A stretch of DNA of 64,000 nucleotides from an uncultured Gammaproteobacteria bacterium. GTDB taxonomy: Bacteria; Patescibacteriota; Patescibacteriia; Magasanikbacterales; GWA2-37-8. Location of the stretch: NCBI GenBank assembly GCA_964536725.1, contig CAZHYJ010000001.1, positions 53,018 to 117,017 on the forward strand, given 5' to 3'. Position numbers and translations under genes: made by a program. The notes below the pieces were generated by a model. It had not been told where the DNA came from. It saw only the letters and a program-made list of their open reading frames with translations, and made no database searches. This document shows, piece after piece, positions 38,542 to 49,504 of this stretch (within the stretch, counting starts at the first letter, position 1; each line of letters opens with the position of its first letter).

Positions 38542-41500
38542 ATGCATACTGCCACGGCCACGCGAACTTTCAAAGTCGATAATGATTTTAAATATTCTCC
38601 GGAAAATGGTTTGCGTTTCAAGCGTCACTTCACGCAAGATGGAGTAAGTCCGTATGATTTGTTTCAGTATGAGTTACGCGCTTCAGTTATTCGTGAAACG
38701 AGTGGTCGGGTAATTTTTGAAATGAACGATGTTGAAGTTCCAACTGTTTGGTCGCAAGTGGCGACTGATATTTTGGCACAAAAATATTTTCGTAAAGCCG
38801 GTGTCCCGCAATATGATGCCGATGGTCATGCTAAGCTTAATACTGACGGGACTCCCGTGCTTGGTCCTGAGAAAAGTGTTAAACAAGTTGCCCATCGGCT
38901 AGCTGGTACTTGGCGTTATTGGGGAGAGAAGTTTGGCTATTTCGCTTCCGTTGGTGACGCACAAGTTTTTTATGATGAACTAGTTTACACTTTGATCAAA
39001 CAGATGACTGCACCGAATTCTCCGCAGTGGTTTAATACTGGCTTATATTGGGCGTATGGAATTAACGGTCCTTCGCAAGGTCATCATTACGTTGATCCAA
39101 CTACCGGAGTGTTGATGGCGGCTACTGATTCATATTCTCACCCTCAGCCGCATGCTTGTGGTCGTTATGATACAAAATTATTTACCGATCGCGGCATAAT
39201 GAATTTGGGAGATGTGGTGGAAAACAATATGGCGGGTATAAAAGTATTCGATGGAGAAAATTATGTTGTCGTGAAGGCGGTAAAGAACAATGGTGTCAAG
39301 AAAATTTATCGTGCCAATTTAAAAAATGGAAATTATTTGGATTTTACTGACGATCATTTGGTGTGGTCAGCGGACAAACGTCTAAAAGATGGTGGCCAAT
39401 ATGATTGGAGTGAGTTGTCCACAATCTTAGGAAAAAAAGTGCAACAATTCTCTTTGCCTGCAGAGGTAAGTAATGTGGCTAAAGAAAATGATTTAGATTT
39501 GTTCCAAGCAGAGTTGGCAGGTTGGGTTTTGGGTGATGGGTATTATGGAAAATATGGTAAAAACAAGAAGAGTACGGTATTTGGGGTGATAACAATCAAC
39601 GATGATGAGTTTAATAGCGTAACCAATTTATTCAACAACGTTTTCGGGCGTTATACAGTAAGGATAAAACGTTCAGTGGATGACTTGTATCGGACAATTT
39701 GTTGTGATTCTAAGCAAGTAGACGAATATGTGCAGAATTTTGAATTGGAAAAAAATGTCTATACAGCGTCTGTGCCAGAAAAGATTTGGCAGGGCAGTAA
39801 CAGGGTGAAGGCAGTCTTCTTGCGTGGTCTGTTTCAGGCTGACGGTAGTGTACGTTTGAGAAAAGATGATGATCGAAATAGCGGAGATGTGGTTTTGACT
39901 ACTGTGTCAGAAGAGTTGGCACATGGAGCACAAATGTTGTTGTTACAATTAGGAATATATTCTCGAATCGTACCTTGTCATGATAGTCGCGAAGATCGAC
40001 ACGAATGTTATCAGGTGGTTATTGCTTTTTATTCAGAAAGAAAGAGATACGAGGAGTTAATTGGTTTTGTTTCGCAAGATAAACAGGAGAAATTGAAATT
40101 GTTAAACAGCATAGTGGAAGGGAAAAACAAAGAAAATTTATCAGAGGAGACAGTCGTGTCAGTTGACTATATCGGTGAGGAAGAGGTTTATGATATTCAG
40201 ACGGAATCCAGCAAATTTTTGGCCAATGGCGTGGTGGTACACAACTGTTTCATTCAATCCGTGCGCGATGATTTGGTGAACGAGGGTGGTATTATGGATC
40301 TGTGGATTCGTGAGGCACGATTGTTTAAATATGGATCAGGTACGGGCACTAACTTTTCTAATTTGCGTGGCAAGGGAGAAAAATTATCAGGTGGTGGAAC
40401 GACTTCGGGTTTAATGAGCTGGTTGAAGATTGGTGATCGTGCAGCTGGTGCGATTAAATCTGGCGGCACCACTCGTCGAGCAGCCAAGATGGTAATTTTA
40501 AATATTGATCATCCGGATATCGAGGAGTTTATCAACTGGAAAGTTTTGGAAGAGAAAAAAGTGGCGGCTTTGATTGCTGCTGGTTATGATTCCTCCTATG
40601 AAAGTGAGGCCTATCAAACTGTTTCGGGGCAGAACTCTAATAATTCAGTGCGTGTTAATCAAGCATTTTTGGAAGCAGTGGAAAGTGGTATTGATTGGAA
40701 TTTGACTTGGCGCACTGATGGTAAGGTTTGTAAAACGTTGCCGGCGCGTAATCTTTGGGATCAAATCGCACACGCTGCTTGGGCTTGTGCTGATCCTGGT
40801 ATTCAATTTGATTCGACCATTAACGAGTGGCACACCTGTCCGCAGTCGGGCACGATTAACGGCTCCAATCCTTGTAGTGAGTACATGTTCTTAGATGACA
40901 CAGCCTGCAATTTAGCGTCAATAAACTTGGCTCATCTTTATGATTCAGAAACTGCGACCTTTGATATTTCTGGATTTACTTATGTCACTCGTCTGTGGAC
41001 GGTAGTTTTGGAGATTAGTGTTTTGATGGCGCAATATCCAAGCGCTGAAATTGCCCAAGGTAGCTATGACTATCGCACGCTTGGTTTAGGTTATGCCAAC
41101 ATTGGTTCGCTGTTGATGACAGCAGGCGTGCCATATGATTCGCCAACCGCCTTGGCTTTTGCTGGCAGTGTGACAGCTTTAATGACTGCTGAATCCTATG
41201 CCACCTCAGCTGAAATGGCGCGACTACATGGTCCATTTCCTAAATACGAAGAGAATCGCGCCGATATGCTGCGTGTGATTCGCAACCATCGCCGTGCTGC
41301 CTTTGGTGTTTCAGATGATGAGTATGAAGGGTTGTCTGTAATGCCGTTATCTATTGATCCACAATATGCTCCAGCTTATCTTTTGGCGGCAGCGCGTGAA
41401 AGTTGGAACAAAGCTTTAGAGATGGGGGAGAAATATGGTTTTAGAAATGCCCAAACTACCTTGCTTGCTCCAACTGGTACAATTGGTTTGTTGATGGACT

Positions 41501-43077
41501 GTGCAACTACCGGTGTAGAACCAGATTTTTCTTTAGTGAAGTTTAAAAAATTGGCCGGTGGCGGATATTTTAAGATTGTAAATGAATCGGTACCGATGGC
41601 GTTAAAAACTTTAGGGTATAACGATACACAGATTAGTGGTGTAATTGATTATCTTAAGGGTCGTGCGACTTTGCACAACTGTCCAGAGATCAACTTTGAG
41701 TCTTTAAAAGCAAAAGGTTTTACTGAAGAAGATATTAACAAAGTAGAAAAAGGTTTAGCGGGGGTTTTTGAACTACCATTTACTTTTAATGTTTGGACTT
41801 TGGGTGAGGAGTGTTTGAAACGTTTAGGGTTTACCAGCGAACAATACAATGATCAGAATTTTGATCTACTGACCGCGCTTGGATTTACACGCGAGCAAAT
41901 TAATATTGCTAACGAATTTGTTTGTGGTGCTATGACAATTGAAGGTGCGCCACACTTACGTCAGGAGCACTATGCTGTATTTGATACGGCTAATAAAAAC
42001 GGAAGAAAAGGTGAGCGTTATATCCACTACCTCGGTCATATCCGAATGATGGCGGCAGTACAACCGTTTTTATCGGGCGCAATTTCCAAAACCATCAACA
42101 TGCCAAACGAGGCAACTGAAGAAGATATTAAGATTGCTTACAACGCTTCGTGGAAGTTGGCTTTGAAAGCGATCGCGATTTATCGTGATGGTTGTAAATT
42201 GTCTCAGCCATTGTCGAGTAAGAGTGTTGATAAAAAAGAAAAGAAAGAAGAAGTTGTGTCAGTAGAAAAAGAAATTATGTCAACGCCAGTTGCCAGTGCT
42301 ATGCCAGCACATTCTGACAGCCAGATGCAGGTTAGTTATGCGCACGATGGATCGGAAAATGGTAAACAGATATATATACATGGCGAGCAGCGTAAGATGC
42401 CTTACAAACGCAGTGGCTTAACAATTAAAGCAAAAGTGGGTGGGCAAAAATTATTCTTGCGCACGGGTGAATATCCAGATGGGAAATTGGGTGAAGTATT
42501 CATCGATATGTACAAGGAGGGGGCGTCGTTCAGAAGTCTGCTTAATTTGTTTGCTATTTCCATTTCTACTGGCTTGCAATACGGCGTGCCATTGGAGGAA
42601 TATGTCGACAAGTTTATCTTTACTCGTTTTGAGCCGAGCGGCATGACGGATCATCCAAATATTAAGCTTTCAACTTCGATCGTTGATTTCATTTTCCGGG
42701 TACTTGGTATGGAATATTTGGGACGGACCGATTTTGTTCAGGTTAAACCAGCGGGCATTCAAAAAAATCGTGTGGAGCAATTGGCAAAATTAATGGCGGA
42801 AGCGGCTGGGCAAAAAACAATGGAATTGCCGGAGATAAAAGAAGACACTGAAGACGAAGTGGAAAAAGAAAAAATAATTTTGAAAGATCCAGAGGCAACG
42901 AAGGACCAGATGGAATTGTTTAAAAAAGAGGTCGCTGCAGCAACAGCTAGTGTTGATCAGCAGTTGGCAGGAATGATGGGTGATGCACCGCCATGTTCAA
43001 CTTGTGGACATACTACAGTGCGTAGCGGAACCTGTTATAAATGTTTGAATTGTGGTGGAACCACGGGTTGTAGCTAA
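38542..43077 (+). CDS. nrdJ: Class II (B12-dependent) ribonucleotide reductase with intein
   Basis: PNSPQWFN, NPCSE, APTGTI, SGAISKT, C-terminal CxxC pairs. Confidence 0.95.
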   Translation: MHTATATRTFKVDNDFKYSPENGLRFKRHFTQDGVSPYDLFQYELRASVIRETSGRVIFEMNDVEVPTVWSQVATDILAQKYFRKAGVPQYDADGHAKLNTDGTPVLGPEKSVKQVAHRLAGTWRYWGEKFGYFASVGDAQVFYDELVYTLIKQMTAPNSPQWFNTGLYWAYGINGPSQGHHYVDPTTGVLMAATDSYSHPQPHACGRYDTKLFTDRGIMNLGDVVENNMAGIKVFDGENYVVVKAVKNNGVKKIYRANLKNGNYLDFTDDHLVWSADKRLKDGGQYDWSELSTILGKKVQQFSLPAEVSNVAKENDLDLFQAELAGWVLGDGYYGKYGKNKKSTVFGVITINDDEFNSVTNLFNNVFGRYTVRIKRSVDDLYRTICCDSKQVDEYVQNFELEKNVYTASVPEKIWQGSNRVKAVFLRGLFQADGSVRLRKDDDRNSGDVVLTTVSEELAHGAQMLLLQLGIYSRIVPCHDSREDRHECYQVVIAFYSERKRYEELIGFVSQDKQEKLKLLNSIVEGKNKENLSEETVVSVDYIGEEEVYDIQTESSKFLANGVVVHNCFIQSVRDDLVNEGGIMDLWIREARLFKYGSGTGTNFSNLRGKGEKLSGGGTTSGLMSWLKIGDRAAGAIKSGGTTRRAAKMVILNIDHPDIEEFINWKVLEEKKVAALIAAGYDSSYESEAYQTVSGQNSNNSVRVNQAFLEAVESGIDWNLTWRTDGKVCKTLPARNLWDQIAHAAWACADPGIQFDSTINEWHTCPQSGTINGSNPCSEYMFLDDTACNLASINLAHLYDSETATFDISGFTYVTRLWTVVLEISVLMAQYPSAEIAQGSYDYRTLGLGYANIGSLLMTAGVPYDSPTALAFAGSVTALMTAESYATSAEMARLHGPFPKYEENRADMLRVIRNHRRAAFGVSDDEYEGLSVMPLSIDPQYAPAYLLAAARESWNKALEMGEKYGFRNAQTTLLAPTGTIGLLMDCATTGVEPDFSLVKFKKLAGGGYFKIVNESVPMALKTLGYNDTQISGVIDYLKGRATLHNCPEINFESLKAKGFTEEDINKVEKGLAGVFELPFTFNVWTLGEECLKRLGFTSEQYNDQNFDLLTALGFTREQINIANEFVCGAMTIEGAPHLRQEHYAVFDTANKNGRKGERYIHYLGHIRMMAAVQPFLSGAISKTINMPNEATEEDIKIAYNASWKLALKAIAIYRDGCKLSQPLSSKSVDKKEKKEEVVSVEKEIMSTPVASAMPAHSDSQMQVSYAHDGSENGKQIYIHGEQRKMPYKRSGLTIKAKVGGQKLFLRTGEYPDGKLGEVFIDMYKEGASFRSLLNLFAISISTGLQYGVPLEEYVDKFIFTRFEPSGMTDHPNIKLSTSIVDFIFRVLGMEYLGRTDFVQVKPAGIQKNRVEQLAKLMAEAAGQKTMELPEIKEDTEDEVEKEKIILKDPEATKDQMELFKKEVAAATASVDQQLAGMMGDAPPCSTCGHTTVRSGTCYKCLNCGGTTGCS
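39157..40245 (+). mobile_element. Intein (363 aa) with LAGLIDADG homing endonuclease
   Basis: PHA|CGRYDT ... VVVHN|CFIQ; LAGWVLGDG and FLRGLFQADG blocks. Confidence 0.93.
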
Positions 43078-43168
43078 AATATATAATGCCACTCTAATCA
43101 GGAGTGGCATTTGATGTGTACTTTAAATATCAAATGTTCAGGTTCTAATTCTAAGTTATTTATTTTCT

Positions 43169-44611
43169 ATGGAAAATTCTATTCCTTGGGCATTAACATA
43201 CGATGATGTGCTGATTGTTCCCAAACGATCCTCTTTTGTTTCGCGTAGTGAAGCAAGCACACGTACGCGGTTAACAAAAAAGATTAGTATTAATGTGCCG
43301 ATTGTGAGTGCGAATATGGATACGGTGACTGAGGCAGAAATGGCAATCGCCTTGGCGCGAATTGGTGGCTTTGGATTTTTGCATCGCTTCATGAGTATTG
43401 AGGAAAATGTGGAACAGGTGAAACGAGTAAAACGAGCACAGAATTTTATCGTGGAAGATCCATATACTATCGCACCCAATTGTACAGTAAGAGAGGCAAG
43501 AAAGTATGCCTCCGAGGTTGGTGTCACCGGTCTGTTGGTAGCCAACGGTGATCATCGGTTGCGCGGTATGCTTACTCAGCGGTCCTTTATGTTTGTTGAT
43601 GGCGACGAAGATGTTTTGTTGGTGCAAGATATTATGACACCAAAAGAAAAAATGGTGATCGCTAGTTCGCAAACAACTTTTGAAGAAGCCAAGAAAATAT
43701 TTGCTGATTGTAAAATAGACAAATTGCCTTTAATAAATGACGATGGTGTTATCACTGGTTTGATTACTCTTTCTGATATTAAACATGTCATGCAATATCC
43801 TTTGGCCAACCTAGATAGTGATGGTCAGTTGTTGGTCGGTGGTTCAGTAGGTGTACACGGTGATTTTATCGAGCGCGCAACTGCCCTGGTCAATGCGGGG
43901 GCGGATGCATTGGTGATAGACATTGCACATGGACATTCGGATTTAATGATTCGGGCGATTGAGCAGATTCGTGCTGCAGTCGGTGATGCGCAAATAGTAG
44001 CTGGGAATATTGCAACGGCAACAGCTGCACGTGATTTGTGTGAAGCGGGAGTAGATGCAGTGAAAGTGGGTGTGGGGCCAGGAACGACTTGTATTACGCG
44101 TCTGGTAACTGGTTGTGGTATGCCACAACTAACTGCGGTAATGGAGGTGGCGCGGGTGGCGAAGCGCTATGGTGTACCAGTGATTGCAGACGGAGGAGTA
44201 CAGCGTTCGGGTGATATTGTGAAAGCGATTGGAGCGGGGGCGGATACAATAATGTCGGGTGGGATGTTGGCTGGTACAGAAGAGTCGCCAGGTGTATTAA
44301 TGAAGAGGGGAGATAAGAAATTTAAATTGTGTCGTGGGAGTGCAAGCTTTTCTGTTAGCCACAAGCGTAAATCAATTAATTTGGAAAAGAAAGATTTGAG
44401 TGATGTGGTGCCAGAAGGAGTGGAATCGCTTGTACCATACAAGGGGCCAGTGATTGATCTTGTTTCACAATGGGTAGGGGGATTAAAGTCAGGGATGAGT
44501 TATACCAATTCACACACGATCGCTGAGTTGCAAGAGAATGTTTCGTTTGTGCGGTTAACTGCTGCTGGTCAACATGAGAGTGGGGCGCATGATATTGATG
44601 TGATGGGGTGA
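43169..44611 (+). CDS. guaB: IMP dehydrogenase
   Basis: [11 protein letters not shown] pair, [16 protein letters not shown]. Confidence 0.88.
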   Translation: MENSIPWALTYDDVLIVPKRSSFVSRSEASTRTRLTKKISINVPIVSANMDTVTEAEMAIALARIGGFGFLHRFMSIEENVEQVKRVKRAQNFIVEDPYTIAPNCTVREARKYASEVGVTGLLVANGDHRLRGMLTQRSFMFVDGDEDVLLVQDIMTPKEKMVIASSQTTFEEAKKIFADCKIDKLPLINDDGVITGLITLSDIKHVMQYPLANLDSDGQLLVGGSVGVHGDFIERATALVNAGADALVIDIAHGHSDLMIRAIEQIRAAVGDAQIVAGNIATATAARDLCEAGVDAVKVGVGPGTTCITRLVTGCGMPQLTAVMEVARVAKRYGVPVIADGGVQRSGDIVKAIGAGADTIMSGGMLAGTEESPGVLMKRGDKKFKLCRGSASFSVSHKRKSINLEKKDLSDVVPEGVESLVPYKGPVIDLVSQWVGGLKSGMSYTNSHTIAELQENVSFVRLTAAGQHESGAHDIDVMG

Positions 44612-44632
44612 AGTTGTATATTATAAAATCAT

Positions 44633-45175
44633 ATGACCAAAATATATACTAAAACCGGCGACACTGGCGAAACGTCACTCTTAGGTGGTGAGCGTGTCAC
44701 CAAAGATTGTATTACCTTGCAGGTGGTGGGGGAGATTGATGAATTAAATTCTACGATTGGCGAAGTGGTGGCGCATTTGTTTGGTGCTTTGCCAACGGAA
44801 TTTTTGGTTAAAATTCAACACGACTTATTTAAAGTCGGAGCGGAGGTCGTTTCGTTGCAAGCTAAATTGGGAGATGGTTTGGTTAAGATCGGTGAAGAAG
44901 AAATAAAAGAGTTGGAAGAAAATATTGATAACTATTGGAAAGATCTACCGGAATTAAAAAATTTCATTTTACCTGGTGGGTGTTTGTCAGGCGCACATTT
45001 GCATCACGCCCGCACAATTTGTCGACGCGTGGAGCGAGAGTTGGTAACATTTGGTAAAGAACAAAACGTACGACCAGAATTGTATAAATATTTAAATCGT
45101 TTGAGCGATTATCTGTTTACTGCAGCGCGCTGGGTGAATTTTCAAGAGGGTGTAGAAGAAGTGAAAATAATTTAA
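44633..45175 (+). CDS. PduO-type cob(I)alamin adenosyltransferase
   Basis: KIYTKTGDTGETSL, DELNS, RTICRRVER, YLNRLSDYLF. Confidence 0.92.
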   Translation: MTKIYTKTGDTGETSLLGGERVTKDCITLQVVGEIDELNSTIGEVVAHLFGALPTEFLVKIQHDLFKVGAEVVSLQAKLGDGLVKIGEEEIKELEENIDNYWKDLPELKNFILPGGCLSGAHLHHARTICRRVERELVTFGKEQNVRPELYKYLNRLSDYLFTAARWVNFQEGVEEVKII

Positions 45176-45241
45176 TTGTAATTTTTAGTTATCAACAGGC
45201 AGCTTCACTTGACGGTGAGCGTGAATCAGATATAATGTTTG

Positions 45242-45414
45242 AGTGCTTTTCTTTAAAGAGCTGCGGTAGAGTTGATGTTTCAACCGAATCGGATTTTAAA
45301 AACAATCTCTCTCTCTTTTTCCTTACATTAAGTTGTCTGGATTAAGCGTTTTCATAATTTGATTCGTTAGCTAAAACATGCAATTCTTCTCGCAGCTCCT
45401 TGGAGGAAAGTATT
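45242..45414 (+). ncRNA. Candidate 6S-like rod-shaped ncRNA
   Basis: Own promoter TTGACG(45209)..TATAAT(45231); ends pair over about 50 nt. Confidence 0.5.
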
Positions 45415-45438
45415 TTTGTTTAAAAAGAATAATAGGAT

Positions 45439-45548
45439 CAGGATTTACACGTTTGATAATTTTTTCGCTTTCCTCGGCCACGAGGCCTCAGGGATGAAGT
45501 CTGTGGACTTCATAACCCGCTCAAAAAATATCAAACGTGTAAATCCTG
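45439..45548. repeat. Palindromic intergenic repeat, family P2
   Basis: 20-bp terminal inverted repeats; inverted homolog at 56153-56258. Confidence 0.8.
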
Positions 45549-45594
45549 GGGTATTGAATTTTTTTAATAGACGTGATAATATTTTCTTGGTTTT

Positions 45595-45679
45595 GCCCAG
45601 GTGGTGAAATTGGTAGACACAAGAGACTTAAAATCTCTCGCCGCAAGGCTTGCGGGTTCGATTCCCGCCCTGGGCACCA
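45595..45679 (+). tRNA. tRNA-Leu(TAA)
   Basis: Long variable arm, TAA anticodon, CCA end. Confidence 0.93.
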
Positions 45680-46048
45680 GTAGAACGCTTTTTTAAAGGC
45701 GTTCTTTTGTTGTGAGAAAGGGGAGGAGTTATAGGCAAATTTTTGTTTTCTTGACTTATCCACCGCTAAAATTTGACTTTTCTTGGCAAATAATATAAAA
45801 TCTATGTGCTTCTTGATTTAGGAGAAAAAATAGCTGTTTTTCTGCTTAATCAAGCGAAAAATGCGGCTTCAACCTATTCCAACGGTTGGGCTGCGTGCAA
45901 GGACATTAAGACAAAAATCATGTTAACCTTGCGTGTTTTGGCTAAATTATAAGGAAATTTTATCTAAAAGCCTCTTTTTTTGGCCGTTTTTTTGCGTTAT
46001 TACCTCTTTTTTTAAAAATAAATAAAAAATTAAATAATTTAATTTTCT

Positions 46049-49000
46049 ATGTCTCTCTTTAAACGCCTCCCGCTCAAGACTTTGGAAAGAAAATTCTTTA
46101 CCACCGCCCTTGATGCCATGCCTTTGCCCGACTTGATCGAGGTTCAAAAGGATTCGTATAATTGGTTTTTAAAATTTGGTATCAAAGAATTGTTTGAGGA
46201 GATTTCTCCGATCACAGACTTTTCTGGTCGGGATTTGGAATTATATTTGGAGGACTATTATCTAGACGAACCACGTTTTGATGAAGTGGTTTGTCGTCAG
46301 CGCAATGTTACCTTCGAAGCGCCACTGCGCATTACTGCGCGCATGGTGAACAAGCGTACCAACCAAACAAAATCACAAGAGATTTATTTGGGTGATGTGC
46401 CAGTAATGACTGATCGTGGTACTTTTATTGTGAATGGTATTGAACGTGTAGTTGTTTCTCAGTTGATCCGTTCCGCTGGTGTGTTCTTCACTGCTGAAAA
46501 TGTTCGTGGTCGCAAATATTATGGTGCCAAAATTATTCCGAATCGTGGCGCTTGGATTGAAGTAGAAACTGATGCTAACAATGCTCTTTGGATCAAAGTT
46601 GATCGCAAACGTAAGGTGGCTGCTACATCGTTGCTTCGTGCTTTTGGTTATGAGGATGATGAAAAAATGAAAGAACTTTTTAAAGATGTAAACAATCATC
46701 CGAACATTGATTTCTTGGATGCCACTATCAAAAAAGATTTAGCAAAAAATCAGAGCGAAGGTTTTATCGAAGTATATAAAAGAATTCGTCCAGGTGATTT
46801 GGCCACGGCCGACAATGCTAAGAGTCTGATCGAGGCGATGTTTTTCAATTTTGAAAGATATGATTTGGGCCGCGTGGGTGTTTACAAATTTAATAGTAAA
46901 TTTGATATCGCTTGTGATCCGTCCGCTTACGATCAAAAAGAAAATCGTGTTTTATCCGCGGATAAATTATTAGCAGTTTTGAAAGAAGTAATTCGTTTGA
47001 ATGTTACCCAAGAAGAGCCTGATGATGTTGATCATTTGGGCAATCGTCGTGTCCGTGCAGTGGGTGAATTAGTACAGAATCGTTTCCGCGTTGGTTTAGC
47101 GCGTATGGAGCGTGTCGCTAAAGATCGCATGAGTACCTACGACATGGAACAGGTGACACCAAATCGTTTGATCAACTCTCGTCCCGTGACCAGTGCCATC
47201 CGTGAATTCTTTATGAGTTCTCAGATGTCCCAGTTCATGGATCAGCATAATCCACTGTCTGAGTTGGAACACAAACGTCGTTTGTCCGCTATGGGTCCAG
47301 GTGGTTTGTCACGTGATCGTGCCAGTTTTGAAGTTCGCGATGTGCATACCACTCACTATGGCCGCATCTGTCCAGTAGCTACTCCAGAAGGACCGAACAT
47401 TGGTTTGGTCAACCACTTATCCAGTTTTGCTCGGATCAATGAATTTGGTTTTATCGAAACCCCTTATCGTAAAATTTTACGTGAGGTGGAAAACAAACCA
47501 GAATTATTGGAAGGCGAAATTTTGCGCGGTGAAATTGAAGGGGTAAAAGATGGCACCAAAATTACTCGTGAAGTAGCGGCTAAATTAGCCAAAGCAAAAT
47601 TAAAAAAGATTCCAGTACGTTCACGCGTGACTAATGAAATTGTTTATTTATCTGCATTTAAAGAAGAAAAAGTTTTGACCGCTTCCGCCAAAACGCGCAC
47701 TGATGAAAATGGATATTTCATGGATGAAATGACCCCAGCGCGTGTACACGGTAACGCTGGTACCGCTCCAACTGCCGATTTAGATTATTTGGATGTTTCT
47801 TCCAGTCAAATTGTCAGTGTGGCAACCGCTTGTATTCCTTTCATGGAACACGACGATGGTCAGCGTGCTTTGATGGGTACAAACATGCAACGTCAGGCTG
47901 TGCCTTGTATTCGTCCTGAACCACCACTAGTTGGTACGGGTGTAGAAAAAGCGGCCGCTAATTATTCCGGCCACATGGTTATCGCCGAAGAAGATGGCGA
48001 GATTGTAGAAGCTGATGGTGGTCACGTCGTTTTGAAAGGTAAAAAAGGTGATTTGCATACTTATCATTTAAATAAATTTGTTCGTTCGAATGCTGCTACT
48101 TGTATCAATCAGCATTTGCAAACCAAAGTAGGCGACAAAGTTAAAAAAGGACAATACCTCTCTGATGGTCCAAGTATTCATGATGGTGAATTGGCATTGG
48201 GTCAGAATGTATTAGTGGCTTACATGGTGTGGGATGGTTTCAACTACGAAGATGCGGTAATTTTTTCTGAGAACTTGGTGCAGAGTGATCGCTATACCTC
48301 TATCCATATTGAGGACTATACAATTGATGTACGCGAGACCAAGCTTGGCCCAGAGTTAGTTACATCTGACATCCCGAATGTTAGTGAAGAAAAATTAAAG
48401 AATTTGGATTCTGAAGGTATCGTTCGTATCGGCGCTGAGGTAAAATCCGGTGATATTTTGGTGGGTAAAATTACCCCAAAGGGTGAAACTGAATTGTCTG
48501 CTGAGGAAAGATTGTTGCGTGCTATCTTTGGTGAGAAGGCGCGCGATGTTCGTGACTCTTCATTATATCTTGAACATGGTGAACACGGAAAAGTTATTGG
48601 TGTACAGGTATTTTCCGAAGCTGCTGGCGACAAATTGGAACCAGGGGTAATCAAACAAGTGCAGATCAAAGTGGCCGACATGCGCAAGATTCAGGTAGGT
48701 GACAAAATGGCCGGTCGTCATGGTAACAAAGGTGTGATCTCACGCGTGGTGCCAATGGCCGATATGCCTTTCCTTGAAGACGGTACGCCAATTGACATCA
48801 TTCTTTCACCGCTTGGTGTTATCTCACGTATGAACTTGGGTCAGATTTTGGAAACCCACTTAGGTTTGGCAGCGAATGCCTTGGGTTACAAGATTGCCAC
48901 TCCAGTTTTAAATGGTTTAACTGAAGATCAAATTCGTGATGAATTAATTAAAGCCGGTTTGCCAGTAGATGGCCAAGTACGTTTGTTTGATGGTCGCACC

Positions 49001-49480
49001 GGTGAACCGTTTGATCACAAAATTACTGTTGGTTACAACTACATGTTGAAGTTGAACCATATGGTTGAAGACAAGATCCACCAGCGCTCAATCGGTCCAT
49101 ACTCTTTGATCACTCAACAGCCATTGGGTGGTAAAGCGCAGTTCGGTGGCCAGCGTTTTGGTGAGATGGAAGTTTGGGCGCTCGAAGCATACGGCGCTGC
49201 TCATACTTTGCAAGAAATTTTAACAATCAAATCCGATGATGTACCTGGTCGCTCTAAGGCGTATGAGGCCATCGTTAAAGGTGAGCAAATTAGCCGCGTC
49301 AACATTCCTGAGTCTTTCAATGTGTTGGTACGCGAACTTAAAGGTCTAGGCTTGGAAGTAGAGTTGTTGAAACGGTCTGAATCGGGTGAATACACAGTGG
49401 CAAAAGAAGTGATTGAAAACGAAAACGAGAACAAGGGTGATATGCAAAGCGGTGGTCCAGTTCCACCACCGGTAGCTTAA
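46049..49480 (+). CDS. rpoB: RNA polymerase beta subunit
   Basis: GDKMAGRHGNKG, GGQRFGEMEVWA. Confidence 0.98.
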   Translation: MSLFKRLPLKTLERKFFTTALDAMPLPDLIEVQKDSYNWFLKFGIKELFEEISPITDFSGRDLELYLEDYYLDEPRFDEVVCRQRNVTFEAPLRITARMVNKRTNQTKSQEIYLGDVPVMTDRGTFIVNGIERVVVSQLIRSAGVFFTAENVRGRKYYGAKIIPNRGAWIEVETDANNALWIKVDRKRKVAATSLLRAFGYEDDEKMKELFKDVNNHPNIDFLDATIKKDLAKNQSEGFIEVYKRIRPGDLATADNAKSLIEAMFFNFERYDLGRVGVYKFNSKFDIACDPSAYDQKENRVLSADKLLAVLKEVIRLNVTQEEPDDVDHLGNRRVRAVGELVQNRFRVGLARMERVAKDRMSTYDMEQVTPNRLINSRPVTSAIREFFMSSQMSQFMDQHNPLSELEHKRRLSAMGPGGLSRDRASFEVRDVHTTHYGRICPVATPEGPNIGLVNHLSSFARINEFGFIETPYRKILREVENKPELLEGEILRGEIEGVKDGTKITREVAAKLAKAKLKKIPVRSRVTNEIVYLSAFKEEKVLTASAKTRTDENGYFMDEMTPARVHGNAGTAPTADLDYLDVSSSQIVSVATACIPFMEHDDGQRALMGTNMQRQAVPCIRPEPPLVGTGVEKAAANYSGHMVIAEEDGEIVEADGGHVVLKGKKGDLHTYHLNKFVRSNAATCINQHLQTKVGDKVKKGQYLSDGPSIHDGELALGQNVLVAYMVWDGFNYEDAVIFSENLVQSDRYTSIHIEDYTIDVRETKLGPELVTSDIPNVSEEKLKNLDSEGIVRIGAEVKSGDILVGKITPKGETELSAEERLLRAIFGEKARDVRDSSLYLEHGEHGKVIGVQVFSEAAGDKLEPGVIKQVQIKVADMRKIQVGDKMAGRHGNKGVISRVVPMADMPFLEDGTPIDIILSPLGVISRMNLGQILETHLGLAANALGYKIATPVLNGLTEDQIRDELIKAGLPVDGQVRLFDGRTGEPFDHKITVGYNYMLKLNHMVEDKIHQRSIGPYSLITQQPLGGKAQFGGQRFGEMEVWALEAYGAAHTLQEILTIKSDDVPGRSKAYEAIVKGEQISRVNIPESFNVLVRELKGLGLEVELLKRSESGEYTVAKEVIENENENKGDMQSGGPVPPPVA

Positions 49481-49504
49481 ATCATCTAATAACCTCTTAA
49501 TAAT

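Noticed and set aside
45416-45763. 63-aa and 80-aa ORFs
   Set aside because: They overlap a palindromic repeat and tRNA-Leu.
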